60,601 nucleotides of DNA from Actinomycetota bacterium (GCA_036163695.1 JAYZKG010000053.1:1-60601), one strand, 5' to 3'. Positions 17,744-28,155 are shown, counted from the stretch's first letter. Numbers and translations: made by a program. Notes: a model not told the origin generated them from the sequence alone.

Positions 17744-19681
17744 TTAGTTTATTTCTGAAACAATTAATCCTTTATAAGGATCTACGTTCGAGATAGATAA
17801 TGTTCCTTCAGATAAAGAAACTTCTCCAGAACCCCATATCTTCTCTATATTTTTTGACAAAAAAGGAATCTCCCAATTTGTTAATTTTTGTTCTCTATTT
17901 ATGAGACAAAGCATAGATTCTTTACCATTACTCCGCCTATAGGCAACTGCTGAATCTTGAAAACCGAGAAGTTCAAAAGACCCTCTTTTGAGTGCTGCAT
18001 TATTAGATTTAAGATTCATTAATTCAGTTGTCCAGGTTAAAATATCCTCATCCCAGCTTTTTTTATCATGCCAGGGGAATGCCTTTCTGTTGTTGGGTTC
18101 ATTTGACCCATTTAATCCTATTTCATCTCCATAGAAGATTCCCGCAATACCAGGAAATGTAGCTTGAACAAATATTGCGGCTTTTAATGAATCAGTATTC
18201 CCATTAGCTCTATGTAAAAATCTTGAAACGTCATGAGAACTCAATAAATTCTGACAACATAAAAGGGCTTCAAATGAATACATCATATGAAGATTAGCTA
18301 ACTCTTCAGAAAACTCTTTTGTTGAAATCAAATCTGAAGCAAAGTAATCGGATAAGGCCTCCCTAAATGAGTAATTCATAGTGGAATCAAACATATCACC
18401 TTGTAGCCATAGTGACGTATCTCCAAAAATTTCTGAAACTAAAAGGACATTTTCTTTTGCTCCTTTTGCTACATTTCTGAATGATTTCCAGAATGAAATA
18501 TCGATCTCTTTTGCGACATCCATTCTCCATCCGTCTATATCAAATTCTTTTATCCAATATTCAACAACGTCAAGCCCCCAATCTTTTGCTCCTTCATTTT
18601 TCATGTCTACCTTCACCATATCTGGGACTCCCCACCAAGCTTTAAATGTAGGTTCAATAATTGGACCATCGCCTTCAACAACTTCGACTTCTAAACCTGT
18701 TTCTTTGAAAGTTATATCTTCTAAATATCTTTTATATTGTTTTTCGTCTCCATCCCACCCAACTCTATGGGTTTCAGAATAATTGTGTGGTCGATACTTC
18801 AGTCTTACTGGGTAGTCATATACAGTAAACCATTCTGCATATTTTGAATCTTTTCCATTCTTGATAACATCTTGAAATGCAAAATTTTTTGGATGTACAT
18901 GATTTAAGGATGCATCTAAAACTATTTTCATGCCTCTCTCATGAACTTTTGATACCAACTCCTTCAATGCCTCATCTCCCCCTAATGCAGGGTCAACTTT
19001 CTTATGGTCCCAAGTGTCATATCTATGGATACTCGAAGAAAGAAATATTGGATTTAAGTAGACTATATTAACACCGAGTTTTTGAATATACTCAAGATTA
19101 TTAATGACTCCGTACAAATCGCCGCCTTGGTGTTCAAGGCGATGTGGGTTGCTCCCCCATTCTACAACATCTTCTCTGTCAAGATCTCTATTTCCATTTG
19201 AGAACCTGTCTGGAAAAATTTGATACATAACTCCTCCATAAACCCAATCCGGAATTTCATGCATGTTAAATTCTTCATTTTTATATATCCATTTTTCTGT
19301 AGGAGAAATAAAATTGCATACACCACTCCTTCCAAAATATGTACCAACCCCTTTAGAGCTCATGGCAGCAAAGGCAAACCGTAGAACATCGTTGGTTATA
19401 TCAACTTCAATCTCCCAATATTTGAATCTATCTGTATAAGAAACATTTTTTATTTCAATCGGCTTATACTCAGGATCTTCCAGTAGCAACCAAACCTTAT
19501 CAATTCTTGTTTCTGTGTGGATTCTTATCCTTAATAAACCATCGGGAGTTTTTGCAAAAAACTTCTTATCATTAAAGTCAAACCTATAATCATAACTACC
19601 CAGGTGTACGTCTGTCTCAAAGAAATCTATCTTTTGAGCATCTCCTTCATCTTTGAAATTTACTATATGACTTTCTACCAA
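17744..19681 (-). CDS. GH13 alpha-amylase-family enzyme (neopullulanase/cyclomaltodextrinase-like), cytoplasmic
   Basis: 645 aa. GH13 conserved regions are VLDASLNHV (I), DGWRMDVAKEI (II), LVSEIFGD (III) and LLSSHDVSRF (IV). It has an N-terminal extra domain and no signal peptide. Confidence 0.88.
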   Translation of the reverse strand: MVESHIVNFKDEGDAQKIDFFETDVHLGSYDYRFDFNDKKFFAKTPDGLLRIRIHTETRIDKVWLLLEDPEYKPIEIKNVSYTDRFKYWEIEVDITNDVLRFAFAAMSSKGVGTYFGRSGVCNFISPTEKWIYKNEEFNMHEIPDWVYGGVMYQIFPDRFSNGNRDLDREDVVEWGSNPHRLEHQGGDLYGVINNLEYIQKLGVNIVYLNPIFLSSSIHRYDTWDHKKVDPALGGDEALKELVSKVHERGMKIVLDASLNHVHPKNFAFQDVIKNGKDSKYAEWFTVYDYPVRLKYRPHNYSETHRVGWDGDEKQYKRYLEDITFKETGLEVEVVEGDGPIIEPTFKAWWGVPDMVKVDMKNEGAKDWGLDVVEYWIKEFDIDGWRMDVAKEIDISFWKSFRNVAKGAKENVLLVSEIFGDTSLWLQGDMFDSTMNYSFREALSDYFASDLISTKEFSEELANLHMMYSFEALLCCQNLLSSHDVSRFLHRANGNTDSLKAAIFVQATFPGIAGIFYGDEIGLNGSNEPNNRKAFPWHDKKSWDEDILTWTTELMNLKSNNAALKRGSFELLGFQDSAVAYRRSNGKESMLCLINREQKLTNWEIPFLSKNIEKIWGSGEVSLSEGTLSISNVDPYKGLIVSEIN

Positions 19682-19735
19682 GAATCCACCTAAAATACCT
19701 GTTCCGAGTTATTATAAAACAACACAGCTAGAAGG

Positions 19736-21247
19736 GTGGATTTTTTGGATATAAATAGATCTAGTATGTTAATCTTACATCCAACATCATTGCCAAATGG
19801 TCATGGAATTGGAGATTTTGGCAAAACAGCCTTCGAATGGTTGGACTTCCTTGATTTAGCTGGAATTGGTATATGGCAGGTATTACCTCTTGGACCAACT
19901 GATAAAACACAATTTTCTCCTTACTCTAGCTCTTCTTCAACACTTGGAAATTTCGGATTAATTGATCTTGAATTATTAATCAGTCTCGATTTAATTAATA
20001 AAAATAACTTAAACGAAAAACCAAAGAATTTAGATAAAGTAAATTACCCTGAAGTCTACACCTATAAAGATTCTGTTTTAAGAGAAGCCCACAATAATTT
20101 ATACAATTCATCTGAAAACACTATTAAGGAAAAGCTAGAAAATTTTGAAAATCAAAATAAAGAAATCCAGAGTGAGCTTGCATTTCAAATGGCTACATCC
20201 ATATATGGTGACTCCTGGAAAAATTGGCCAAGCAACTTAATGCAACCAAGTACAAATGATATAAATGAATTTACCAATATAAATAAGAGAGAATACTCTT
20301 TTCAACTTTTTGTTCAATACTTGTTTTCAACGCAATGGAATAAGCTTAGGCAATATGCAAGTACAAAGAATATAAAGATACTTGGCGACATTCCTATATA
20401 TACGAATTTCCACTCATGCGATGTATGGCTCAATAGAGAATTATTTGAATTAGACGAGAATAATGATATGCCTTTTGTTGCTGGAGCAGCACCTGATATT
20501 TTTACAGCTTCTGGACAAATTTGGGATAATCCTCTCTATTTGTGGGAAAAACACAAAGAGGAAGACTATAAATTTTGGATACAAAGACTAAAAGGTTGCT
20601 TAAATAATTATGATCTTCTTAGAATTGACCACTTTGGAGGACTCTTCAAGTTTTGGGCAATACCTAGGAATGAACTGGGGACAGAAGGTCATTGGAGAGA
20701 TGGGCCGGGGCACAACTTTCTAGAAATCATAAAATCAGAAATAAATCTAGACAATCTACTTGCAGAAGATTTATTTGCTATAAACCCATTAGTTGAAATG
20801 GACAAAGCTCGGGAGGTATTCCAAATACCTGGACTCAAGCTCTTAAATCAGAGAATACCCCATGACAGTTGGGATGACGAGCTCCCTCCTAATAAGTGGG
20901 GATACAATTTTGCTGCATATACAGGAACTCATGATTCACCAACTTTAAAGCAATGGATAGCTGAAACCTCTGAGGGACAAAGAAATAACTTAAGAGAATA
21001 CATAGATAGTAATATACAAAACAAACAACATTCTGAAGTTTGGGACTCTATTGCTGTTGTCTGGGAAACAAAATGTCAGCTTGCCGGGACAATGGTCCAA
21101 GACTTACTTGAACTTGGTTCTGAAGCTAGGTTTAATATACCAGGACAACAGATAGGAAATTGGGACTGGAGATTAACTTCTATGGAAGAATTGAGTAATT
21201 TGTCTGAAAAACTATATGCATTAAATAAGGCTACTGAGAGGTGCTAG
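19736..21247 (+). CDS. malQ: 4-alpha-glucanotransferase (amylomaltase, GH77)
   Basis: 503 aa. ILHPTSLPNGHGIGDFG start, LRIDHFGG, and YTGTHDSPT. It is divergent from the GH13 gene across 54 bp. Confidence 0.9.
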   Translation: MDFLDINRSSMLILHPTSLPNGHGIGDFGKTAFEWLDFLDLAGIGIWQVLPLGPTDKTQFSPYSSSSSTLGNFGLIDLELLISLDLINKNNLNEKPKNLDKVNYPEVYTYKDSVLREAHNNLYNSSENTIKEKLENFENQNKEIQSELAFQMATSIYGDSWKNWPSNLMQPSTNDINEFTNINKREYSFQLFVQYLFSTQWNKLRQYASTKNIKILGDIPIYTNFHSCDVWLNRELFELDENNDMPFVAGAAPDIFTASGQIWDNPLYLWEKHKEEDYKFWIQRLKGCLNNYDLLRIDHFGGLFKFWAIPRNELGTEGHWRDGPGHNFLEIIKSEINLDNLLAEDLFAINPLVEMDKAREVFQIPGLKLLNQRIPHDSWDDELPPNKWGYNFAAYTGTHDSPTLKQWIAETSEGQRNNLREYIDSNIQNKQHSEVWDSIAVVWETKCQLAGTMVQDLLELGSEARFNIPGQQIGNWDWRLTSMEELSNLSEKLYALNKATERC

Positions 21248-21248
21248 A

Positions 21249-21551
21249 TTAATAGCTCCCTTCCCTAATGTATTCAATAATTAAATAAACCTCTTCATCA
21301 GTTAAATTTTGGCCCGGCATTGATCCTTTGCCCATAGTCATTGTTTGAATCCAATAACTATTTGGCATGTCCCATGCAGAAGAGTTCTTACCTATTTCTG
21401 GACCTACTTTCCCCTCTAATTGATCACCATGGCATGCTGCACAACGAACTAAATAAATTTCTTCGCCAGTAGGATCTGCCTGAGAAGGGTCCTCATTACA
21501 TGCAGAAGTGACAAGGAGAATAAGGAAACAAATAATGTACTTGTATCTCAT
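21249..21551 (-). CDS. small monoheme c-type cytochrome with lipoprotein-like signal peptide
   Basis: 100 aa. The signal peptide ends ...LLVTSAC. There is a single CAACH heme motif and a candidate Met ligand in GKGSMPG. Confidence 0.75.
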   Translation of the reverse strand: MRYKYIICFLILLVTSACNEDPSQADPTGEEIYLVRCAACHGDQLEGKVGPEIGKNSSAWDMPNSYWIQTMTMGKGSMPGQNLTDEEVYLIIEYIREGSY

Positions 21552-21559
21552 TATTGAAT

Positions 21560-21700
21560 TTATTCTTCCTCTAGAGCAGTCTTAAACTCCTTTGCTGAAC
21601 TTCCAAGAGACTTTGCTAACCCAGGTAACTTTTTTGCACCGAAAAGTAACAATAGGATTACAAGTATTATTATTAATTCAGGAAGCCTTAAACCAAACAT
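21560..21700 (-). CDS. tatA: twin-arginine translocase subunit TatA/E
   Basis: Own translation (below the track's length cutoff): [46 protein letters not shown]. The FGAKKLP-L-KSLG---K-FK pattern is diagnostic. Confidence 0.85.
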   Translation of the reverse strand: MFGLRLPELIIILVILLLLFGAKKLPGLAKSLGSSAKEFKTALEEE

Positions 21701-21724
21701 AATTCTATTCTAATCATTTTTTCA

Positions 21725-22303
21725 CTATATTTGACCAGCTAAATAAAAGCCAGCTAAAAGGATAGCCACAAACAATGATGCTAAAAGATTTAGTCTTTTC
21801 TCTATAAATTCTTTAATCGGCTCACCGAATTTCCATAATAATACCGCAACAATCCCAAATCTTATACCCCTAGCGACAAAGCTTGTAGCGGTAAACAACA
21901 ATAGGTTCATACTTGTCGCTCCACTTGCAATTGTTATGACTTTGTAAGGAAGAGGGGTAATCCCTGCTGTTAATACAACAACTGCACCATAATCATTAAA
22001 GTTTTGACTAAACTCTATAAATTGGTCATTCAGATGATAAAAATTAATTATTTTATTACCTATAGTATTTATGAATTGATTCCCAAGGAAATAGCCAAAC
22101 ATTCCTCCTAAAACTGATGAGATAGTTGCAACTGCCGCAATTCTAAAAGCTTTAGTTCTATTAGCTAAAACCATGGGCATAAGAAGAACGTCTGGCGGAA
22201 TTGGAAAAACAGAGCTTTCAAGAAAACAAACAACAGCTAATCCAGTCAGTGCCCACTTTCTATTGGCTAAATCAAGAACTTTGAAATACAAATTTTTTAA
22301 CAT
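21725..22303 (-). CDS. DedA/YqaA-family membrane protein
   Basis: 192 aa. FLESSVFPIPPDVLLMPM is the YqaA/SNARE-associated motif, and the protein has multiple TM segments. Confidence 0.8.
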   Translation of the reverse strand: MLKNLYFKVLDLANRKWALTGLAVVCFLESSVFPIPPDVLLMPMVLANRTKAFRIAAVATISSVLGGMFGYFLGNQFINTIGNKIINFYHLNDQFIEFSQNFNDYGAVVVLTAGITPLPYKVITIASGATSMNLLLFTATSFVARGIRFGIVAVLLWKFGEPIKEFIEKRLNLLASLFVAILLAGFYLAGQI

Positions 22304-22304
22304 A

Positions 22305-23450
22305 CTATTTCTTTATACTAAAGAACTTATACCCTATAGGGGCAAATGTTGCCGTAAGTGCAGCTAAAAAAATAATTTCTGACTCTACCTTTTGACTTAG
22401 GAGTCCCAACTCAAGACCGATTTCAGCCATAGCAATTATTAAGCTAAATCTAGCAGATAACAATAGCCCCCCGGCAAATATCTCCCTTATTTTGATACCA
22501 AAAAAATACATGAAGAAGGAAGGAACTAACTTAACAAATATGGCTAAACAAAATAATATGAGAACTTCAAAATAGAAAGTGCTATTGGTCAATATTTGAA
22601 TGTCGTAATTAAGTCCGACGTTAATAAAGAAAATCGGAATTAGAAAACCATATGAGAAGCCTTTCATACTAATATCTAGAGAACCTCTATTTGGAAAGAC
22701 TAAGGCAAAAATTGTACCTGATAAAAATGCTCCCAAAATAGGTTCAATATCAAATAAAACAGAGAGGCCAACAACAGATAGCATCAGTGCTAGTGAACCC
22801 CTAATGCCCATCTCTTCAGGATCGTTTGCGTCAAACAACCTCTTGAAAAGATCTGGATACCACCATGCTGCTCTTCTTAACAACCTTAACAAAAGGAAAA
22901 TAACAAGAAAATAGACCACAACATTAAGGTTGTTAAGAGTAAAGCCATCTGTTTTAATAACGGATGCATAAACAGTAGCAAGAATTAGTGTGAGAAAGTC
23001 AGCGAGAAGAGCGGATAGGAAGATTATTTGCCCGTAAGTAGTTTTAATTTTTTCATCAGCCCTGAGTATAGGTACAACAATCCCAACACTAGTAGTTCCT
23101 AGTACAAGAGCAAGAAACAAGTCGTATTCAAAATAATTTACAACCAATAACGATAGGCTTAAAGTCCCAATAAATATAATTAGCGGAGCAGCTAATTGTT
23201 TAATCCCTTTATCTTCAAAAATTTCTAATTCTATCTCGAAACCAGAAAGGAACATCAAAAGAAAGAAGCCAAGTATCGCCAATCCTGAAATAAACTCAGA
23301 AGATGTTACTAGACCTAAGACTGGTCCAATTACTAGGCCGTAAGCAATTTCTAAAACAATAGCAGGGATATTAATTCTTTTAGCCAATATTGGAAGAACA
23401 AAAGCTCCTAAGGATATAATAATTAATGAAAGAGCGTCAAAACTTTCCAA
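22305..23450 (-). CDS. cation:proton antiporter (CPA2/Kef-type membrane domain only)
   Basis: 381 aa and about 11-12 TM. It has sodium/hydrogen-exchanger-family-like composition and no C-terminal RCK domain. It is 1 nt from each neighbour. Confidence 0.75.
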   Translation of the reverse strand: MESFDALSLIIISLGAFVLPILAKRINIPAIVLEIAYGLVIGPVLGLVTSSEFISGLAILGFFLLMFLSGFEIELEIFEDKGIKQLAAPLIIFIGTLSLSLLVVNYFEYDLFLALVLGTTSVGIVVPILRADEKIKTTYGQIIFLSALLADFLTLILATVYASVIKTDGFTLNNLNVVVYFLVIFLLLRLLRRAAWWYPDLFKRLFDANDPEEMGIRGSLALMLSVVGLSVLFDIEPILGAFLSGTIFALVFPNRGSLDISMKGFSYGFLIPIFFINVGLNYDIQILTNSTFYFEVLILFCLAIFVKLVPSFFMYFFGIKIREIFAGGLLLSARFSLIIAMAEIGLELGLLSQKVESEIIFLAALTATFAPIGYKFFSIKK

Positions 23451-23451
23451 G

Positions 23452-24861
23452 CTAATCCTCTACTGGAACAACTAATACTGATATAGGAGAGTTTGTTGAA
23501 ACAAAGTCTGTTGTTTTTCTATTTTGCCAATTTGATGAATTTGAATTACTAAGTATTAAAAGACCAACTGATTCTGATAGTAAAGATAATTCTTTTGCTA
23601 TATTCCCTGATTTCTCAATATGTTTAACATCAACTCCTTTATACCTTGCAGAATCTTCCAAGTTCATTAATATTTTATTTCCTTCTTGAATAGATGATTG
23701 TGAAATAAATTCTGGTTCTTTTATATCAAATGCAACAATTGTTGAAGCCATTTTTTGTGATAAATCTAGCCCAACTCTAGATACACTATCTTCACTTAAA
23801 TCTGAGGAAAGAGGAATTCCTATTCGTGAATAAGGATTTGAATTTCGAGAAAACAGTATAGGAATCTTATTCTTCTTTGAGAATTGTATATAATTCTTAA
23901 TTATTGATTTATCTTTATCCTTCCCTAATGGGACTACCAAAAGTCCGATTGAAAATTCAGTAGTCACATTATTTATAATCTTATTTGAGATTTTTGGATA
24001 TGATTTGACTTCTATCTCAACATTGTTTGCAATAGCCTTTATAGTATCTTCGTCTTTCTCAACTTTATCTTCAAAAAGATTGTCTTGAACTATTGCAATT
24101 AATGAATCTGCTTGAGTATTGATAACCATTTCTTCTGCTTCACTAACGGCTCCGAAGTCATCTTTGGACTCAACTAATACTGCAACATTTTTCCCGTAAT
24201 ATAAAGGGAATCTTGACTCAGACCCAGAGAAAAGATCAACAACTTCTGAAAATGAATCTGATTGAAGTACAACTGTAACTAAATCACCAGACTGAAAAAC
24301 AGTATCTCCATGAGGAATGATTACTCTAGACCCCCTTAAAAGAGCTCCGACAATAAATGAATCGGAACCTATTTCCTTTAATTGCTTACCGCTTGCTGGG
24401 GAACCTGTTTCTATCTCAATCTCTATTGCTTCTGCTCTACCTCCTGCAAATGCTTTAGATGCAACCCTACTTGGTTCAAGTAAGTGCTCGAGCTGTCTAG
24501 CAGCGATATTATCTGTAACTACTGTGTCGACATCATATTGCTTATACTTTGATTCGTTGTCGATATCAACGATTCTTGCAGATATTCTTAAAACACCTGA
24601 ATCTTTTGCAAGTCTCACAACTTCAATATTTACTTCATCATTGTCTGTTAGGGCAATTACAGCACCCGCCTCTTCTAGTCCAGCTTTCTTTAAGACTAAC
24701 TTGCTAGAACCATCACCTTGAACCTTCTCGACAGTACGGTCCGTGGAGAAATCTCTTAGAACATCTTGATCTATATCGACAAGAGAAATGTCCCACCCAG
24801 TACCTATTCGCTGAACAAGTTGTTCAGCAATACCGTTTGCTCCTACTATTAAAACTTTCAT
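23452..24861 (-). CDS. RCK regulatory protein: TrkA-N + TrkA-C fused to a ~250-aa USP-like C-terminal region
   Basis: 469 aa. MKVLIVGANGIAEQLVQRI starts a Rossmann (TrkA-N) domain. TrkA-C-like ...GKQLKEIG...IVGALLRGSRVIIPHGDTVFQSGDLVTVV follows. The C-terminal half has two alpha/beta units ending ...PISVLVVPV, reminiscent of universal stress protein domains (by eye only). Confidence 0.6.
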   Translation of the reverse strand: MKVLIVGANGIAEQLVQRIGTGWDISLVDIDQDVLRDFSTDRTVEKVQGDGSSKLVLKKAGLEEAGAVIALTDNDEVNIEVVRLAKDSGVLRISARIVDIDNESKYKQYDVDTVVTDNIAARQLEHLLEPSRVASKAFAGGRAEAIEIEIETGSPASGKQLKEIGSDSFIVGALLRGSRVIIPHGDTVFQSGDLVTVVLQSDSFSEVVDLFSGSESRFPLYYGKNVAVLVESKDDFGAVSEAEEMVINTQADSLIAIVQDNLFEDKVEKDEDTIKAIANNVEIEVKSYPKISNKIINNVTTEFSIGLLVVPLGKDKDKSIIKNYIQFSKKNKIPILFSRNSNPYSRIGIPLSSDLSEDSVSRVGLDLSQKMASTIVAFDIKEPEFISQSSIQEGNKILMNLEDSARYKGVDVKHIEKSGNIAKELSLLSESVGLLILSNSNSSNWQNRKTTDFVSTNSPISVLVVPVED

Positions 24862-24891
24862 ATTTGTTACAATTATATGCCTAGAAGGTCT

Positions 24892-25941
24892 CTATTTTGA
24901 AAATCTAATAATAACAACATCTCCGTCTCTTACAATATATTCTTTTCCTTCAAGCCTTATTTTTATTGAGTTTTTTAAGCCCTCCCAGCCATTTCCTTCA
25001 ATAAAATCATCGATACCTACAACTTCAGCCTTAATAAAGCCTTTTTCCATATCACTGTGTATTTTTCCTGATGCTTCAGGAATTTTAGTATTAATAGGTA
25101 TCGTCCATGCTCGACTTTCTTTGTCCCCTACTGTAAAAAAAGAAATCAAATTTAATTCCTTATAGATGCTGTTCAATAAAGAACTTAATAAGCTCTCTTC
25201 AACTGAATATTGTTTCCGCATATCATTTTCCTCAGAGGAATCTAGTTCTGATAGCTCTTGTTCAATTTTTGCAGAAGTTACAATTACTTCGCCCTCTTCG
25301 CTTATCTTCTCTTTATTATTTATACCTTCCTCTTCAGTATTGATTAAATATACTTTTGGCTTAAGAGTCAAAAGAGCAAGGTCGCGAAAAAAAGAAAGCT
25401 CTTGTGTATCCCAATTGTAATTCTTTAGTTCCCCTCCACTTTCTAATATATCTATCGACTTATTTACTATTAAAAGTTCTTTTGGCTTTTCTGATAGCGC
25501 CTTAGACTCTTTAATTAACCTGTCTTCTTTATTATTGAGTATCTCTAAATCAGCTACTATTAATTCGAGTTTAATTTTTTCTAATTGTTCGTTTATCGAT
25601 TGTGGAACATCTCCCCAATCTACACTGCTACTTTCAAAGTCTCTTAAAACAACTGCAAATCCATCCATTTCTCTTAATTTTGCAAATACATTTGCTGTAA
25701 ATACAGGTTTATTTGGGCTGAGTGGCAAGTCATAAAGCTGTATCTTTGGATAAACAATCTTTTGAGAATTTTCAATTTTGGCTGCTTCAGTTAGCCTAGA
25801 ATCAACTACTTCTCCGAAAGCTGTGTGAATCTCAGTTGTACTGAATGGAAAGTTCCCTATCTGAGAATCTTGTTTAGTTAGAGCAGTGAATACTGTTGAT
25901 TTTCCTACGTTTGGTAAGCCAATAATTCCTATTTGAGACAT
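24892..25941 (-). CDS. ychF: ribosome-binding ATPase YchF
   Basis: 349 aa. GIIGLPNVGKSTVFTALT P-loop, and a C-terminal TGS-like end ...EGKEYIVRDGDVVIIRFSK. Confidence 0.9.
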   Translation of the reverse strand: MSQIGIIGLPNVGKSTVFTALTKQDSQIGNFPFSTTEIHTAFGEVVDSRLTEAAKIENSQKIVYPKIQLYDLPLSPNKPVFTANVFAKLREMDGFAVVLRDFESSSVDWGDVPQSINEQLEKIKLELIVADLEILNNKEDRLIKESKALSEKPKELLIVNKSIDILESGGELKNYNWDTQELSFFRDLALLTLKPKVYLINTEEEGINNKEKISEEGEVIVTSAKIEQELSELDSSEENDMRKQYSVEESLLSSLLNSIYKELNLISFFTVGDKESRAWTIPINTKIPEASGKIHSDMEKGFIKAEVVGIDDFIEGNGWEGLKNSIKIRLEGKEYIVRDGDVVIIRFSK

Positions 25942-26018
25942 TTTTTCTCTTTTCTTTGTTTTCTATTAAACAATCTAATGATTATATCGCTATTATTTAT
26001 ATTGTTGGAGGGTGAAGA

Positions 26019-27329
26019 ATGACAGAAAAGAATAACAAAAGAACTTTATTTGGTTGGTCTATGTATGACTGGGCTAAATCTGCCTATGAGACAACTACTT
26101 TAGGTGCAGTGATGCCAGTATACTTTGTAAGTGTAGTAGTCCCTGAAGAAGGTTTTGAATTTAGAGGAAACTTATATACAGGAGCAGAAGTTTGGGGATT
26201 TGCTATTGGATCCGCATTGTTTATATTTTTCTTAATAATGCCTACCATTGGAGCAATAGGAGATTTATCGGGCTCAAGGATGAGACTCTTTAAGTCCTTT
26301 GCATACGGAGGAGCAATATTTGCTTCAACATTTTTCTTTGCTCAGTCAGGAGATGTTGTTCTTACTCTGCTAATTTACTTTCTTGCACAATTTGGTGCAA
26401 CAGGTTCAAATGTCTTTTATGACAGTGTGTTGAAAGATATAACAACGGAAGATACTATTGATAAAGTATCAGCAAGAGGTTACGCATTAGGGTATCTTGG
26501 TGGTGGCTTGCAACTGCTATTATCATTAGCAATAATTCAACTTGGACCTGGAATGCTGGGTATAGATGGAATCTTAGCTTCTCGTATTGCTATTACATTT
26601 GCAGGTATATGGTGGCTGATATTTTCAATATTTAGCTTTTCTAGAATGAAGATTGACGAAACAAAACCTGAATACAATGAAAAAATAAATTATTTCAGTC
26701 AAGGCTGGAAGACTAATCTAAATACTTTAAGAAAGATAAGGAGATTCCCATTCTTGCTTTATTTCTTAGTTGCATATCTTTTTTACTGGGATGGGGCACA
26801 AACAGTTATAAATATGGCAGGACCCTTCTTCAGTGAAGTCCTTCTACTTGATCAAACACAAATAATTATTGTATATTTAATTGTTCAATTCATTGCATTT
26901 GGTGGAGCTCGTCTTGCCGGATATCTATGTGGAAGAATTGGTCAGAAGAATACTTTGGTATTTACTATATTATTATTTTTTGTTGCTGGCAACAGTGCAT
27001 TCATAGTTCCAGAAAAACAAATCTTACCAGTTATTGCTCTTGGCATAATTGTTGGTATGGGAATGGGTGGATTGCAGTCTGTCAGTAGAAGCGTTTATGC
27101 GGCGATGCTTCCTAAAGGTGCTGAGGGTGAGTTCATGGGATTCTTTTCAGTTATTTCTAGATTTGCTGCAATATGGGGACCACTTATCTATAGCTATGTA
27201 AGTGCCTCAACTGGAAATCCAAGACTTTCCTTGCCAGTTATTTCGCTTTTCTTTGTAATTGGATACATACTGCTTAGAGGAGTAGACATGGACTCGAGAA
27301 TCTCAGAAGAAGAATGGGCAGCTAGCTAA
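26019..27329 (+). CDS. MFS transporter, UMF1/Atg22-like family (paralog 1)
   Basis: 436 aa and 12 TM. The N-terminal GWSMYDWAKSAYETT motif is typical of the UMF1 family. GGAGGG RBS upstream. Confidence 0.75.
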   Translation: MTEKNNKRTLFGWSMYDWAKSAYETTTLGAVMPVYFVSVVVPEEGFEFRGNLYTGAEVWGFAIGSALFIFFLIMPTIGAIGDLSGSRMRLFKSFAYGGAIFASTFFFAQSGDVVLTLLIYFLAQFGATGSNVFYDSVLKDITTEDTIDKVSARGYALGYLGGGLQLLLSLAIIQLGPGMLGIDGILASRIAITFAGIWWLIFSIFSFSRMKIDETKPEYNEKINYFSQGWKTNLNTLRKIRRFPFLLYFLVAYLFYWDGAQTVINMAGPFFSEVLLLDQTQIIIVYLIVQFIAFGGARLAGYLCGRIGQKNTLVFTILLFFVAGNSAFIVPEKQILPVIALGIIVGMGMGGLQSVSRSVYAAMLPKGAEGEFMGFFSVISRFAAIWGPLIYSYVSASTGNPRLSLPVISLFFVIGYILLRGVDMDSRISEEEWAAS

Positions 27330-28155
27330 TTAAGATAGCTAAGTTTGAATAAAGAGCTGAAACTGTTACCGGACCTACTCCCCCCGGGTATGGTGACCTA
27401 GCATATAACTTGTCACTAGTATTTTCAGGGTCAACATCTCCATATACCCCTTTATCTTTTTGAGATATCCCAACATCAATAACTATTGCTCCTTCTTTAA
27501 AATCTGTGTGGTTTAGAAAATATGGTTTCCCTATAGCGGATACGACTATATCAGCAGACTTAATTTTTTCATTGATATTTTTTGATTTACTATGTAATAC
27601 AGTTACTGTTGAGTTGCAGCTTTCAGAACTCAATAAACGAGATAGAGGGGCAGTTACGAGTCTTGATCTCCCAAGAACCAACACGTCCTTCCCCTGCAAA
27701 TCTATATCGTAATAATTGAACAACTCAAGAATTGCTTTAGGGGTCGCTGGAGCAAATAAAGGTTTAGATTCAAACAAAGTTCCCAAATTTGTTTTTGTTA
27801 ATCCATCAACATCTAGACCTGGAGGTATTAAATCAATTAACTCGTCTGCATTGAGATGACCGGGAATGGGCAATTGTAAAATAATCCCATTCAAAGAACT
27901 AAATTCATTTATTACTTCGGAAACATCTTCTTGAGTAGCGTCCTTGTGTAATTTTTTCCAATGAAAAGAGACATTCAATTCTTCTGCTTTCTCCTCTTTT
28001 CTTTTCACGTAAAGCATAGAAGCAGGGTCATCCCCAACTGTAATTGCACCTATAGAAGCTTTTTGACCATTTTGCTCTTCATATACATTGAAAGCAGATA
28101 GTGATTTTCTATCTAAATACTCTGCCACTGGCTTCCCAAAGAGTATTTTTTCCAT
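27322..28155 (-). CDS. folD: bifunctional methylenetetrahydrofolate dehydrogenase/cyclohydrolase
   Basis: 277 aa. VGDDPASMLYVKRK, GRSRLVTAPL and YPGGVGPVTVSAL blocks. Confidence 0.9.
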   Translation of the reverse strand: MEKILFGKPVAEYLDRKSLSAFNVYEEQNGQKASIGAITVGDDPASMLYVKRKEEKAEELNVSFHWKKLHKDATQEDVSEVINEFSSLNGIILQLPIPGHLNADELIDLIPPGLDVDGLTKTNLGTLFESKPLFAPATPKAILELFNYYDIDLQGKDVLVLGRSRLVTAPLSRLLSSESCNSTVTVLHSKSKNINEKIKSADIVVSAIGKPYFLNHTDFKEGAIVIDVGISQKDKGVYGDVDPENTSDKLYARSPYPGGVGPVTVSALYSNLAILIS

